DNA of 64,000 nucleotides from Escherichia coli (GTDB lineage Bacteria; Pseudomonadota; Gammaproteobacteria; Enterobacterales; Enterobacteriaceae): NCBI RefSeq assembly GCF_044647545.1, contig NZ_CP172818.1; one strand, 5' to 3'. Shown piece by piece: positions 12,006 to 27,839 of this stretch (position 1 is its first letter; each line of letters starts with the position of its first letter). The notes under the pieces were generated by a model. It saw only the letters and a program-made list of their open reading frames with translations, ran no database searches and was not told where the DNA came from. The position numbers and the translations under genes were made by a program.

Positions 12006-13018
12006 TAGTACAGATACTCCTGCACCAGTTTCTCGGCGATTTTTACTGCCATCAGCGCGCCGCCAAAGCGAACGTTATCGGCCACCGACCAGAACTGAAC
12101 TTGCTCCGGCATACCGTAGTCATTACGTACGCAGCCAACGGAAAGATGCGGCGTACCAGAAGCATCCCCCACCTGAGTCGGGAATTCGTTCTCTTCAGAG
12201 AGCACAATATCTTCGCCCTGAGCAAACGCATCACGCGCTTCTTCTGCTGCCAGCGGACGCAGTGCTTCAAAGTTGACCATCTGGGCATGACCGTAGAATA
12301 CCGGTGCCTGGACGACGCTTGCCGAAATCATCAGCCCTTCGTCCTGCAGGATTTTGCGTACTTCGTCAACGATACGACGTTCTTCACGCACGCTACCTTC
12401 GCTATCCGGCAGTAACGGCAGCATGTTGAACGCCAGCTGACGCCCGAAGAAATCTTCTTCATCAATCGGAATGCCGTTGAGCAATTTCGCACTCTGCCCC
12501 GCTAACGCATCGACCGCTTTTTTGCCCTGGGCGGAGGCTGAAATCAGGCTGGTAACGCTGATACGCGACAAACCGCCCTGATCGATTAACGGTTTCAGTG
12601 CCGCCAGCAGTTGGCTGGTCAGACTGTCCGGTACGGCGATGACATTCCGGTTGCGGTAATCGGTCAGTACAAACGGGTTTACTTCCGGCACCACCAGCGG
12701 TACGTCAGGTTCGAGAGCAAACAATCCGCTGCTATCGATCACCAGGCAACCTGAGTTGGTCGCTTCTTCAACCCAGGCAGCGGTAGCTTCTTTGCCTGCG
12801 ACAAAAAACGCCAGCTGCGCCTGCGTCCAGTCGAATTCAGCAGCATCCTGCACGGTGATTGTCTTACCACCAAAGCGCAGTTGTTCGCCTGCGCTTTCGT
12901 TACGTGCCAGTGCATAAATTTCCCCAACCGGGAACTGACGTTCAGCCAGCGTTTCAAGCAGGGCTTCGCCCACAGCGCCAGTTGCGCCCAGGACGGCAAT
13001 GTTCCAGCCTTCAGACAT
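12005..13018 (-). CDS. usg: Semialdehyde dehydrogenase-family protein USG-1
   Basis: 337-aa ORF with N-terminal NAD-binding motif (VLGATGAVG). Confidence 0.85.
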
Positions 13019-13083
13019 GGTGGTTTACTCCAGAAATAGCAAAGCTCCCTGCCAATATTACAGCAGAGAGCATGAAGAAGAGA

Positions 13084-14220
13084 TTAACGTGCCGGATGAT
13101 GAACGGCGTTAAAACCCAGTTTACACAGCAATGATGCCGCGCTGGCGTCATCACAAATCACATACAGAGATGACCATTCACGGCGCTCAAGATAGTTTTT
13201 GCGCAGTTTATCGAACTCACCCGGTATCCCGGCGACTTTACGCAGCGGTGCGTCATCGCGGCGCACATCATACACCAAATGCACCAGCCTTTTTAGAGTC
13301 GGCTGATCGAGCGGACCATGCAGCGTAATGCGACCAAACTCTGGCGCGGGCAGTAATGTATCCAGCGCAACGTGTTGTTCATGCCCAATGAATTTGCTAT
13401 AGGCTTCAAACACTTGCGTAGTACCGCGTGCTTTACCTTCCAGGGTATAGCCTGCAATATGCGGCGTGCCGATATCCACTTTTGTCAGCAATTCCACATT
13501 AAGTTCCGGCTCGCCTTCCCAGACATCCAGCACCACGCTTAACTTCTGGCCTTCATTCAGGCAGGTCAGCAGCGCGGTATTATCGACGACTGCGCCACGG
13601 CAGGCGTTAATCAGAATCGCTCCGGGCTTCAGGCTACGGATCAGTTTTTCATCCGCCAGATGTCGCGTTTTGTACGGCCCGTCTTTAAAGAGTGGCGTAT
13701 GGAAAGTCAGAATATCCGCATGCTGAACTAATTCATCCAGCGAGCGGAAATCACCCTCATCTCCACGGTCGGCGCGAGGCGGATCGCAAAGTAAGGTTTT
13801 AATCCCTAACGCTTCCAGTCGTGCCTGTAAACGGCGACCAACGTTACCAACGCCCACGATCCCCACGGTACGCTCGTGCAGTGAAAATCCATCGCGTTCG
13901 GCAAGCATCAGCAGGGAGGAGAAAACATATTCCACCACCGCAATCGCATTACAGCCAGGTGCCGCGGAAAAACCAATTCCCGCCTGCTTTAACCACGCTT
14001 CATCGACATGGTCGGTCCCCGCGGTGGCAGTGCCAACAAATTTAATGGGTTTTCCTGCCAGCAAAGATTCATTCACTTTCGTGACCGAACGCACCATCAG
14101 CGCATCCGCGTCTGCCAGTTGAGCCACGGGGATGGGACGCCCGGGAACCGCGGTCACCTCACCCAAACGGCTAAATAAGTCGCGGGCATAAGGCATATTT
14201 TCATCAACAAGGATTTTCAC
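13084..14220 (-). CDS. pdxB: Erythronate-4-phosphate dehydrogenase
   Basis: 378-aa ORF, D-2-hydroxyacid dehydrogenase fold (GIVGVGNVG). Confidence 0.9.
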   Translation of the reverse strand: MKILVDENMPYARDLFSRLGEVTAVPGRPIPVAQLADADALMVRSVTKVNESLLAGKPIKFVGTATAGTDHVDEAWLKQAGIGFSAAPGCNAIAVVEYVFSSLLMLAERDGFSLHERTVGIVGVGNVGRRLQARLEALGIKTLLCDPPRADRGDEGDFRSLDELVQHADILTFHTPLFKDGPYKTRHLADEKLIRSLKPGAILINACRGAVVDNTALLTCLNEGQKLSVVLDVWEGEPELNVELLTKVDIGTPHIAGYTLEGKARGTTQVFEAYSKFIGHEQHVALDTLLPAPEFGRITLHGPLDQPTLKRLVHLVYDVRRDDAPLRKVAGIPGEFDKLRKNYLERREWSSLYVICDDASAASLLCKLGFNAVHHPAR

Positions 14221-14318
14221 GTTTGTGTTACCTGTATGAGACGAGAGTTAACCGGACAAGTGTGCCATAATCTCGCGGCCAGGCATACTTGCGAAGATTT
14301 CAGGTATAAGGATACGTA

Positions 14319-16492
<2,174 letters not shown>

Positions 16493-16654
16493 TTACTCCA
16501 GAATGCAGCGCAAGGCGAGGAGTATCCCCGTCTCATCTCTCTGGTTTCAGGGTTACGGTGCGTTGGCAGGATTTAACGCGTACGTCTTTTTAGCAGGATA
16601 TCGACAAAGCGGGAAGTTTGCCTGGAACTGGCGGCGATTGTCAATGATGTGAAA

Positions 16655-16682
16655 AAGGGAACCATCGGGTTCCCTTTTGCGT
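16655..16682 (-). terminator. Rho-independent terminator downstream of fabB
   Basis: GGGAACC-atcg-GGTTCCC hairpin followed by a T-run on the minus strand, just 3' of the fabB stop. Confidence 0.6.
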
Positions 16683-16720
16683 TAGTGCCGGAGGCCGCAT
16701 TGGTGCGTAACCACTCCGAA

Positions 16721-17941
16721 TTAATCTTTCAGCTTGCGCATTACCAGCGTGGCGTTAGTGCCGCCGAAGCCGAAGCTGTTAGACATAACGGTGGTCAGTT
16801 CGCGATCGGTCGTTTCGGTCACGATGTTCAGACCCGCAGCCTGCTCGTCCAGCTCTTCAATGTTGATGCTCGGGGCGATAAAACCGTGTTCCAGCATCAG
16901 CAGAGAGTAGATAGCTTCCTGTACGCCAGCAGCGCCCAGTGAGTGACCGGTCATTGCTTTGGTTGCAGAAATCGCCGGGCTCTTATCGCCGAACACTTCA
17001 CGGATAGCTGCCAGTTCTTTCACGTCGCCAACCGGAGTCGAAGTACCATGAGAGTTCAGGTAGTCGATTGGGGTATCAACACCGTGCATCGCCATCTTCA
17101 TGCAGCGCACTGCACCTTCGCCAGACGGAGCAACCATGTCTGCACCATCAGAGGTTGCGCCGTAGCCAACGATTTCAGCATAGATGTGAGCACCACGCGC
17201 CAGCGCGTGTTCCAGCTCTTCAACCACTACCATACCGCCACCGCCAGCGATAACGAAACCGTCACGGTGAGCGTCGTAAGTACGGGAGGCTTTTTCCGGG
17301 GTGTCGTTGTATTTAGTAGACAGCGCACCCATCGCGTCGAATTCGCAAGCCATTTCCCAGCACAGCTCTTCGCCGCCGCCAGCAAACACGATGTCCTGTT
17401 TGCCCAGTTGGATCTGCTCTACTGCGTTACCGATACAGTGTGCGGAAGTCGCACACGCGGAGCTGATGGAGTAGTTAACGCCGTGAATTTTAAACGGCGT
17501 GGCGAGGCAGGCAGAAACGCCGGATGCCATCGCTTTGGTGACCACATACGGGCCAACCGCTTTCAGGCCGCGCGGGCCGCGCATTGCGTCAGCGCCGAAA
17601 ACCTGGAAACGCGGGGAGCCGCCGCCGGAACCTGCAATCAGGCCAACGCGCGGGTTATTCTGGTAAGCTTCCGGGGAGAGGCCAGCATCTGCAATTGCCT
17701 GCTCCATAGAAAGGAATGCATAAATGGATGCGTCGCTCATAAAGCGCACAACTTTGCGGTCAATGAGGCCAGTGGTATCCAGTTTTACGTTGCCCCAGAC
17801 GTGGCTACGCATGCCGGAATCCTTCAGCTCCTGAGAGAAAGTGATCCCTGAACGTCCTTCACGCAGAGATGCCAGGACTTCCTGCTGGTTATTACCGATG
17901 CTGGAAACAATGCCCAGGCCAGTAATCACTGCACGTTTCAT
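16721..17941 (-). CDS. fabB: 3-oxoacyl-ACP synthase I (KAS I)
   Basis: 406-aa ORF, condensing enzyme with active-site Cys motif. Confidence 0.95.
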
Positions 17942-17988
17942 TCAATACCTCTGTAAGTCGCACATAGAGTAAGTTTCGCATGCACAAT

Positions 17989-18024
17989 AGCGTACACTTG
18001 TACGCCGAACAAGTCCGATCAGCC
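17989..18024. promoter_or_regulatory. fabB promoter operators: FabR-type palindrome AGCGTACActTGTACGCc followed by a FadR-like site (gaACAAGTCCGATCAGcc)
   Basis: Near-perfect palindrome at 17989-18006 and a FadR consensus match at 18007-18024, both upstream of fabB on the minus strand. Confidence 0.5.
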
Positions 18025-18033
18025 AATTAATAG

Positions 18034-20106
<2,073 letters not shown>

Positions 20107-20123
20107 TCTGCTCTGGCATTGCT

Positions 20124-20154
20124 TGCCGGATATGGCGTGAACGCCGCATCCGGA
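20124..20154. repeat. REP element between mnmC and yfcL
   Basis: gccggatatggcgtgaacgccgcatccggac matches the REP consensus. Confidence 0.6.
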
Positions 20155-20155
20155 C

Positions 20156-20434
20156 TTACTGCTGTGAGGCCTGCTGAAACAGGTGTTCCCACATATCGGT
20201 TACCAGCGCCTGGTCACGCGGTGACAATTCACCCGCGCCAATGGCTTTTTCCAGACTCTGGCTAACGGTCGTATGTACCGCCTGGGCGGAGTGGTCCTCA
20301 CCACTTTCCAGTTCTGCGATGGCTAATGTCAGGTGGCCACGCAAATACCCACTGGCAAACAACTCATCATCACTGGCATGGTCAACCATACCGTCGATTA
20401 ATGCCAGAATGCGTGATTCAAACTCCGCGATCAT
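20156..20434 (-). CDS. yfcL: Uncharacterised small protein YfcL
   Basis: 92-aa ORF in conserved position. Confidence 0.75.
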   Translation of the reverse strand: MIAEFESRILALIDGMVDHASDDELFASGYLRGHLTLAIAELESGEDHSAQAVHTTVSQSLEKAIGAGELSPRDQALVTDMWEHLFQQASQQ

Positions 20435-20467
20435 CTTCTTTCCTCATTGTAAAACGTGGCGCTGGCT

Positions 20468-21016
20468 TTAGTTGAGCGCTTCCGGCCACGGGAACTGTTC
20501 CGCCGTAAGTTCCGGCGTGTGATAATAATTTTGTAATGCTTTAATGAAGCGTGCCGGACGTTCGGGAATGCCGTTTGCCAGATAATCCATCACCTGCGCA
20601 TGTACCCGCCGTTGAAACACCACACGATCCGGTTCGAAATCCCCTTCCAGATTGTCGCAGCTAACATTAAACGGATATCCCGCCGCCACGCAGAACAACC
20701 AGTCCAGCGCCTGCGGCTTCACTTCAACATCTTCAAACTGACTTTGCGTCTGGGCATCGCGTCCGTCCGGGCAATACCAGTAACCGAAATCAACCAGCTC
20801 ACGGCGCGCTTTCCCGGCAATACACCAGTGCGAAATCTCGTGGATGGCGCTGGCATAAAAGCCATGAGCAAAGACGATTCGGTTATACGGTACTTCCGCA
20901 TCAGCAGGAAGATAGATCGGTTCGTCGTCGCCTTTAATCAGACGGGTATTAAAATCATCGGCAAAGCAGCTATTAAAAATTTCAATCAACTGCTCATAGT
21001 GGTGTGTACTGTTCAT
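20468..21016 (-). CDS. epmC: EF-P beta-lysyl-lysine hydroxylase
   Basis: 182-aa ORF in conserved position (formerly yfcM). Confidence 0.8.
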   Translation of the reverse strand: MNSTHHYEQLIEIFNSCFADDFNTRLIKGDDEPIYLPADAEVPYNRIVFAHGFYASAIHEISHWCIAGKARRELVDFGYWYCPDGRDAQTQSQFEDVEVKPQALDWLFCVAAGYPFNVSCDNLEGDFEPDRVVFQRRVHAQVMDYLANGIPERPARFIKALQNYYHTPELTAEQFPWPEALN

Positions 21017-21824
21017 TAGTTCATCCCCAACCAGTGGAGGATCTCCTGTCCATGGCTATCGTAAAGTAATTTGGCACTCATCACCGCCGAGACGATAACG
21101 ATCATCGGGCGGATCAGCTTTTGTCCTTTGCTCAACACCAGTCTTGACCCCATGCGCGCGCCGAGGAACTGTCCTACCAACATCACAAATCCTGTCGCCC
21201 AAATCACTTTGCCGCCGAGAATAAACAGCAGCAAACCACCGATGTTTGACGTTGCGTTGAGTAATTTGGCGTGGGCCGTGGCTTTGGCGAGGTTGAATCC
21301 GCACAGCGTAACAAAGGCCAGCGCGTAAAACGACCCAGCAGCCGGGCCAAAGAATCCATCGTAAAAACCGACGCAGCCCCCCGCCACCAGCGCAAATGGC
21401 AGTCCATACATCCGGCGCTGGCGATCTTCTTCTCCCAGTTTTGGCATCAGCAAAAAATAGAGGCCGATACAAATCACCAGGATCGGTAAAATCTGCCGTA
21501 AGACATCGGCCTGAACATACTGCACCAACAGCGCGCCGCTCATTGAGCCGACAAAGGTCATGGCGATATTGAGTTTCTGATCGCTTAAGCTAACCACTTT
21601 GCGCCGAATAAAGTAGATAGTGGCGGAAATAGAGCCGCCGCAGGCTTGCAGTTTATTAGTTGCCAGCGCGTTAGCCGGAGACATCCCCGCCGCCATCAAT
21701 GCCGGAATGGTGAGTAACCCACCGCCACCGGCAATCGAGTCGATCAATCCCGCCAGCATGGCGACAAAAAGAGAACTCCCAGCAACAGCGGGGAAACCAT
21801 AAACAGGCTATTAAACGTTTCCAT
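21016..21824 (-). pseudogene. yfcA: TauE/SafE-family membrane protein YfcA, apparently frameshifted
   Basis: ATG at 21824 (overlapping the mepA stop) encodes [19 protein letters not shown], then the frame switches at an A5/T5 run (21766-21770) into the 247-aa ORF 21016..21759; the two parts sum to about 269 aa. Confidence 0.7.
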
Positions 21825-22648
21825 TAGATCACGTGCTCATCCAGTAGCGCCTGGCAGGAAGGCGGCAACGGAGGCGGTGTCTTCTTCTCAGGCTTTGTTG
21901 TTCCCGGTTTTGGTGGTTCAAACCAGCTTTGCAGTTCTGCCCCGCAACCATCGCCTGGTGGCGGTAAAGGTTGATCTTCACACTCCAGACTATCGGCAGG
22001 ACAACGTAATCGTACATGCATATGCGCGCGATGCTGGAACCAGGGTCGCACTTTACGTAACCAGTCGCGATCGGTGCCCGCATCAAGGCAAAGTTGTTGT
22101 TTAATCGCCGGATTAACAAAAATGCGCGTGACGTCTTTGTCCTGGGCGGCGAGTTTGATCAAGCTGAAAATTTCTGGCTTCCACAGCGCGGGGACAACGT
22201 GTTTACCGTCGCGGGATACTAAGTCCAGTGCTTGCGGGCGCAAGAGCTGCGCGGAGGTCCAGCGTGTTTTTGGCAGTTGCAGGAAGATATCGACATCCAG
22301 TCCGGTCTGGTGGCTGGCGTGACCGCCGTTGAAACGACCACCAGCAGGCATCCCCATATCGCCAATCAGCACCGTACCCATGCCCAGATTGCTCACCTGG
22401 CGACTCAGACGCTGGATAAACATCACCAGATCCGGATGTCCGAAATAGCGACGCTGATCGGTACGCATGACCTGATAATGTTCGGACTGTATCGGCAACG
22501 TGTCAGCACCGACGATACAGCCATTAGAAAAACTGCCTATCGATTGTGCGCTACCCGGCACAGGTTGGGTTATTTTTTGCCACGGCGTCGCTGCCAGGCT
22601 GGCGCTACTGGCAAGCAGAGCCAGCAGCGCAATCGCGGTTTTGTTCAT
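21824..22648 (-). CDS. mepA: Penicillin-insensitive murein DD-endopeptidase
   Basis: 274-aa ORF with signal peptide. Confidence 0.9.
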   Translation of the reverse strand: MNKTAIALLALLASSASLAATPWQKITQPVPGSAQSIGSFSNGCIVGADTLPIQSEHYQVMRTDQRRYFGHPDLVMFIQRLSRQVSNLGMGTVLIGDMGMPAGGRFNGGHASHQTGLDVDIFLQLPKTRWTSAQLLRPQALDLVSRDGKHVVPALWKPEIFSLIKLAAQDKDVTRIFVNPAIKQQLCLDAGTDRDWLRKVRPWFQHRAHMHVRLRCPADSLECEDQPLPPPGDGCGAELQSWFEPPKPGTTKPEKKTPPPLPPSCQALLDEHVI

Positions 22649-22651
22649 TTT

Positions 22652-23737
22652 TTACCAGCGTGGAATATCAGTCTTCACATCGGCATTTTGCGCCCGTTGC
22701 CGTAACAGGTGATCCATTAAAACGATCGCCAGCATCGCTTCCGCGATCGGCACCGCGCGGATCCCAACACAAGGATCGTGACGGCCTTTGGTGATCATCT
22801 CAACTTCTTCGCCAAAGCGGTTAATGGTGCGCCCCGGCACGGTAATACTGGAGGTTGGCTTCAGCGCCATATGGGCAATGATTTGCTGCCCGCTGCTGAT
22901 ACCGCCAAGAATGCCGCCCGCATGGTTGCTCTGGAAACCGTCTTTGGTGATTTCGTCGCGGTTCTGGCTGCCACGCAGCGCTACCACGTCAAAACCATCA
23001 CCAATTTCTACGCCTTTCACCGCGTTGATGCTCATCAGCGCATGGGCGATGTCGGCATCCAGGCGGTCAAAGACCGGCTCGCCAAGTCCGGCGGGGACGC
23101 CACTGGCAACAACGGTGACTTTCGCGCCGATGGAGTCGCCCTCTTTTTTCAGCGCGCGCATCAGTTCATCTAACGCGTCGATTTTGTCCGGGTCCGGGCA
23201 GAAAAACGGATTTTGCTCGACCTGCGACCAGTCTTTGATTTCCAGCGGAATGTCACCCATCTGGGTCAGGCAGCCGCGAATCTCAATGCCAAATTTCTCG
23301 GCGAGATATTTTTTGGCAATCGCCCCTGCCGCCACGCGCATGGCGGTTTCGCGGGCGGAAGAGCGCCCGCCGCCGCGATAATCACGCAGGCCGTATTTTT
23401 GTTCATAGGTGTAATCGGCATGACCTGGACGGAAAACGTCCTTAATCGCACTATAATCCTGAGAACGCTGGTCGGTATTTTCGATCAACAAACCGATGCT
23501 GGTGCCGGTAGTAACACCTTCAAAAACACCGGAGAGAATTTTGACCTGATCCGGCTCGCGGCGCTGGGTGGTATAGCGCGATGTCCCAGGGCGACGACGG
23601 TCGAGGTCATGTTGCAGGTCCGCTTCCGTCAGCGGAATGCCTGGCGGAACACCATCGACGATGCAGCCGAGCGCCAGCCCGTGCGATTCGCCGAAGGTGG
23701 TTACGCGAAAGAGTTGTCCAATTGTGTTTCCAGCCAT
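22652..23737 (-). CDS. aroC: Chorismate synthase
   Basis: 361 aa from the second Met of the ORF. Confidence 0.95.
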   Translation of the reverse strand: MAGNTIGQLFRVTTFGESHGLALGCIVDGVPPGIPLTEADLQHDLDRRRPGTSRYTTQRREPDQVKILSGVFEGVTTGTSIGLLIENTDQRSQDYSAIKDVFRPGHADYTYEQKYGLRDYRGGGRSSARETAMRVAAGAIAKKYLAEKFGIEIRGCLTQMGDIPLEIKDWSQVEQNPFFCPDPDKIDALDELMRALKKEGDSIGAKVTVVASGVPAGLGEPVFDRLDADIAHALMSINAVKGVEIGDGFDVVALRGSQNRDEITKDGFQSNHAGGILGGISSGQQIIAHMALKPTSSITVPGRTINRFGEEVEMITKGRHDPCVGIRAVPIAEAMLAIVLMDHLLRQRAQNADVKTDIPRW

Positions 23738-23771
23738 CACGGCTCCGTTATTGTTGTGTTTGCGTGTTTAC

Positions 23772-24704
23772 TTAATCTTTATAAATCGCGAAATGTTCAC
23801 GGGCCGCCAGCAGCTGCTCTTTGGTGAGCATAAACACACCATCGCCGCCGTTATCAAACTCCAGCCAGGTGAACGGAACATCGGGATATTGTTCCATAAG
23901 ATGTACCATGCTGTTGCCGACTTCACAAATCAGCACACCATCATCAGCGAGGTAATCTGCCGCGTTACCGAGAATGCGACGCGTCAGTTTCAGACCGTCG
24001 GTGCCAGATGCCAGGCCCAGTTCCGGCTCGTGGCGGTATTCGTTTGGCAGGTCGGACATATCTTCCGCATCGACATACGGCGGGTTGGTGACGATCAGGT
24101 CGTACTGCACTTTCGGCAAGTCGCGGAACAGATCGGACCGAATAGGAATGACGTTGTGGATCAGACCGTGTTCTTCGATATTCTGTTCGGCAACCGCCAG
24201 CGCGTCGGGAGAGATATCTACCGCGTCGACTTCCGCTTCCGGGAAGGCATAAGCACAGGCAATCGCAATGCAGCCGCTTCCTGTGCACATATCTAAAATA
24301 TGCTGCGGTTGCTTGCTGATAAGTCCGGCAAATTTATTGTTGATCAGTTCACCAATCGGCGAGCGCGGCACCAGCACACGTTCATCGACGTAAAATTCAT
24401 GACCGCAGAACCAGGCTTTGTTGGTCAGGTAAGCCACCGGAATGCGTTCGTTGACGCGGCGGATCACGCGCTCAACAATACGGTGTTTTTCGCTGGAGGT
24501 CAGACGCGCGGTGCGCATATCTTCTGGGATATCCAGCGGCAGGTAGAGCGATGGCAGCACCAGCTGTACGGCCTCATCCCACGGGTTATCGGTGCCGTGG
24601 CCGTACCAGATATTCGCCGCGCTGAAGCGGCTCACCGACCAGCGCAACATGTCCTGAATGGTTTGCAGCTCATTTACTGCTTCATCAACGAAAATTTTAT
24701 CCAC
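23772..24704 (-). CDS. prmB: Ribosomal protein L3 glutamine methyltransferase
   Basis: NPPY and SAM-binding motifs; GTG at 24704 (VDKIFVDE) gives 310 aa, the track ORF carries a long upstream extension. Confidence 0.85.
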   Translation of the reverse strand: MDKIFVDEAVNELQTIQDMLRWSVSRFSAANIWYGHGTDNPWDEAVQLVLPSLYLPLDIPEDMRTARLTSSEKHRIVERVIRRVNERIPVAYLTNKAWFCGHEFYVDERVLVPRSPIGELINNKFAGLISKQPQHILDMCTGSGCIAIACAYAFPEAEVDAVDISPDALAVAEQNIEEHGLIHNVIPIRSDLFRDLPKVQYDLIVTNPPYVDAEDMSDLPNEYRHEPELGLASGTDGLKLTRRILGNAADYLADDGVLICEVGNSMVHLMEQYPDVPFTWLEFDNGGDGVFMLTKEQLLAAREHFAIYKD

Positions 24705-24869
24705 GTATTCCTCCAGGGCATGATCGCAATAATTTCGGCGGCTAGTTTGCCATGAAGATGACGATAAATCAGCATTCACACGCGGTGAGTGAGGAAAAAT
24801 ACGTTTTAAGCGATCGATTGTACGGTGAGTCGGGTAAACTGTAGGAAAATTAAAAATAGAGACAGATAA

Positions 24870-25421
24870 ATGAAAAAGAAAACAACACTTAGCGAGGAGG
24901 ACCAGGCGCTGTTTCGCCAGTTGATGGCCGGTACTCGCCAACTTAAGCAGGACACCATTGTCCATCGACCACAACGCAAGAAAATCAGCGAAGTGCCGGT
25001 CAAGCGGTTGATTCAGGAGCAGGCCGATGCCAGCCATTATTTCTCTGACGAGTTTCAACCATTATTAAATACCGAAGGTCCGGTGAAATATGTTCGCCCG
25101 GATGTCAGCCATTTTGAAGCGAAGAAACTGCGGCGCGGTGATTATTCACCGGAGCTGTTTTTGGATTTGCACGGTTTGACGCAGCTGCAAGCCAAGCAGG
25201 AGTTAGGCGCATTGATTGCCGCCTGCCGCCGCGAACATGTGTTTTGCGCCTGTGTGATGCATGGTCATGGTAAGCATATTTTGAAGCAGCAAACGCCGCT
25301 GTGGCTGGCGCAACATCCGCATGTGATGGCATTTCATCAGGCACCGAAAGAGTACGGTGGTGATGCGGCATTGCTGGTGTTGATAGAAGTGGATGAGTGG
25401 CTGCCGCCGGAATTGCCCTGA
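24870..25421 (+). CDS. smrB: Smr-domain ribosome rescue endonuclease
   Basis: 183-aa ORF with C-terminal Smr domain. Confidence 0.85.
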   Translation: MKKKTTLSEEDQALFRQLMAGTRQLKQDTIVHRPQRKKISEVPVKRLIQEQADASHYFSDEFQPLLNTEGPVKYVRPDVSHFEAKKLRRGDYSPELFLDLHGLTQLQAKQELGALIAACRREHVFCACVMHGHGKHILKQQTPLWLAQHPHVMAFHQAPKEYGGDAALLVLIEVDEWLPPELP

Positions 25422-25455
25422 GGAGTTGAGCGCGTTGCGCCAGGTAATGGGTAAT

Positions 25456-25477
25456 GGCAGGGGCGAATGCCCCTGCC
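25456..25477. terminator. Perfect palindrome GGCAGGGGC-gaat-GCCCCTGCC between convergent smrB and yfcO
   Basis: 9-bp GC-rich stem with 4-nt loop; likely bidirectional terminator. Confidence 0.5.
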
Positions 25478-25492
25478 TGGTGTATCTAAGGG

Positions 25493-26316
25493 CTACAACT
25501 CATTCAGTATGTACTGGAACCGGCAAGTAGAATCGATTGGCTGCATACTGCTGGTATCAACACGCACGACCATATCGTGTAACTGTTTGTCCGTTATAGG
25601 GTGTCGATTTGGCGTGACCGAGACTTCCGCCTTGTCACATCCCGACGCGGTAAAAGTTATCATCTGTGCAACCCAGCGGCAGTAACCACCTGTTTCATTC
25701 ATCTGCGTACTGTCGCACAACTTCCCATCTTTCATCAAATACGTTGAAAGCGTTTTCTCAACCACACCGCCCGTCGACTGCAGGGTGAGCAGTTTTGACT
25801 TACTGACATAATTCTCATTCCATGAAACGTCATAAGGTTGAACAGCAGAAACGGATGGACAAATCGTGTCGTGACTATCAGGCCCCTGATACGTCACGCC
25901 CCTGGAGAGGCTTCAGAGTCATTCATAATAACCAACCATGGACAAGAAAAGTAAGATTCAATCTCTGCAGAGACAATAACCTCAAATCATAATACCCGCA
26001 GTTCCACCCAGACGGTAATCCAGGACAACTTGCTTTGTTGATATTTTGATGGTAGCCAATCAGCTTAACCGAAGGGCAGGAGGAGGACCACTCCAGCCCA
26101 CATTTTGCAATATTTCCCCAGTCATGAGCCATTGACTACTTTTATATTCACCAACGTACACTGCGGATGGCATCATTATTTTTAAATTAAAAGTCGCAAT
26201 ATTACGCGAATCACCGTTGTAACCGTAGAGCAAACGTCAACGCTATGCCCGGCAGCCATAGCTTCGGCAGCAGCAATAGACATGACCAGAGCGAACAACC
26301 ATCGTAGTATTTTCAT
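25493..26316 (-). pseudogene. yfcO: YfcO-like (DUF2544) fimbrial-operon gene, fragmented
   Basis: Locus length (824 bp) fits a ~273-aa gene but the reading frame changes at least twice: a 41-codon N-terminal piece from ATG 26316, a 69-aa ORF 25923..26132 and a 134-aa ORF 25493..25897. Confidence 0.5.
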
Positions 26317-26317
26317 T

Positions 26318-26854
26318 TTAAATATACTCAAATGTCGCAGTTAAAGAGGCGGTAAATTCACCGATCGTCACATCACGGCCGCTTTTCGCCTGTAGCCAGG
26401 CTCTGAAATTGATATCGTTATTGCCATTGGTTAGCGCAAAGGTCGCCCCATTTGTATTGTTGATGGCAACGGCATTCCGTCGGTTTTTTCCATGCCAATT
26501 CCCACTCCCTGAGCGGTTGATGACGTATCCAGTGCCAGAAAACCGGGTTGTTCGCTGTCTTTATCCCGCGAGCGTGACTTTTACGTTGTATCCCGCCGGC
26601 CCTTTGCAATCTTTCAGCTTAAAGACTACGGGTACACGAGCGGACTGGCCTGCAACGTTCAAATCCTGACGACTGACCGTGGGAAAGCGCACCTCTGCCA
26701 GATATTGGCCATCCACCACCAGCGCACAGGATTTACTTAATAAATTACCGGAGAAATGCAGATTATTATCTGCCGCGAATAACGTGCTACTCATTGCCAA
26801 TATCAGCCCCGCTAACAGGACGTAACCACCGGACTGAATCATTGATTTATTCAT
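26318..26854 (-). pseudogene. yfcP: Fimbrial subunit YfcP-like, interrupted by an in-frame TAA
   Basis: N-terminal 97 codons end at a TAA (26561-26563); the same frame continues without further stops to a typical fimbrial C-terminus (GEFTASLTATFEYI) ending at 26318. Confidence 0.65.
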
Positions 26855-27338
26855 TGATAATCCACCCGTAATGTTGCGTAAGCCGAAAAATTCGTATCGC
26901 TTAACACAGCATCACTCGCTTTTACCGGTACGGCCTCCAGCTTCGGCTTTTGCGTAAAATCAGTGGCGTTGATAGCAGCGGAGTATTGAGTTTAAAACGC
27001 TGACCATCGTGCTGAAGCTCGATACCAAAACCGGGTACATCAGTTTTAATTGCTGCATCATTAAAACTGGTTTGTGTACCAGTCCAGGTGAGGGTCATCT
27101 CCCAATCTGGATGACGGGTCGTCGAGTCACAAGTGAGTTCATATGGCACCTCTTTACGACCATAGTTGCCGTTGATGTCGTCGATAATGAGATCGCGAAA
27201 TTCGACTTCAATGGTTTTACCACCGCTGATGCTACAGGTTGGCGGTGACAATAATGTCCCGTGAAAGGTGATGTCTTCATCAGCAGCATGAGCTATGGCG
27301 CTACTGACACAAAGCAGGGTTAAGAAAGTCTTTCTCAT
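26851..27338 (-). pseudogene. yfcQ: Fimbrial subunit YfcQ-like, apparently frameshifted
   Basis: 138-aa ORF ends in a non-fimbrial tail; the fimbrial C-terminus (SDTNFSAYATLRVDYQ) lies in another frame ending 26851 (ATGA overlap with yfcP); shift maps to the gttttaaac run near 26991-26998. Confidence 0.65.
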
Positions 27339-27823
27339 TGATAGTCCACCACCATGGTCAAACTGGCGTTAAACTCGCCCGCAGCAAGTTGCGCCCCGCT
27401 TGCCTTCACAGGTACAGCCTTCAACTGTGGCTGGTTATTGATATTAAATGGCGTCCAGCTATTTTCACCGACGGCAAACAATGAGTTATCGGCGCTATTT
27501 TCTATCCGAATGCCCAGCCCGGTGATATTGGTACTGAGTACCGTTTCGCCGTTAATCGTTGAGGTATTGCCCTTAAGTTGCATCCGCAAGTCGTTAGCAA
27601 GACTGTTTGTGCAGTTCAACGTGTATTTCGCATCTTGCCGATAATTGGTGCCATCAACGTTATCAGCAATCATATTACCGAACTCCACCTCCGCGCCCGT
27701 TACCGTACAAGGAGGCGGAGCATCAACAAGCACCCGTAAAATCATATCCACCGATTTGCTCCCTGCCGTCACGGAGCAACTACCGATGCAGCCCACCAGC
27801 AACCACGCCCACGATCCTTTCAT
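27335..27823 (-). CDS. yfcR: Fimbrial subunit YfcR-like
   Basis: Ends with canonical fimbrial C-terminus GEFNASLTMVVDYQ; start taken at MKGSWAWLL, upstream alternatives exist. Confidence 0.75.
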   Translation of the reverse strand: MKGSWAWLLVGCIGSCSVTAGSKSVDMILRVLVDAPPPCTVTGAEVEFGNMIADNVDGTNYRQDAKYTLNCTNSLANDLRMQLKGNTSTINGETVLSTNITGLGIRIENSADNSLFAVGENSWTPFNINNQPQLKAVPVKASGAQLAAGEFNASLTMVVDYQ

Positions 27824-27839
27824 CCTGGCTCTCCCGTTA

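Noticed and set aside
16943-17851. 302-aa plus-strand ORF antisense to fabB
   Set aside because: Entirely inside fabB on the opposite strand; Arg/Cys/His-rich composition, no RBS; shadow ORF.
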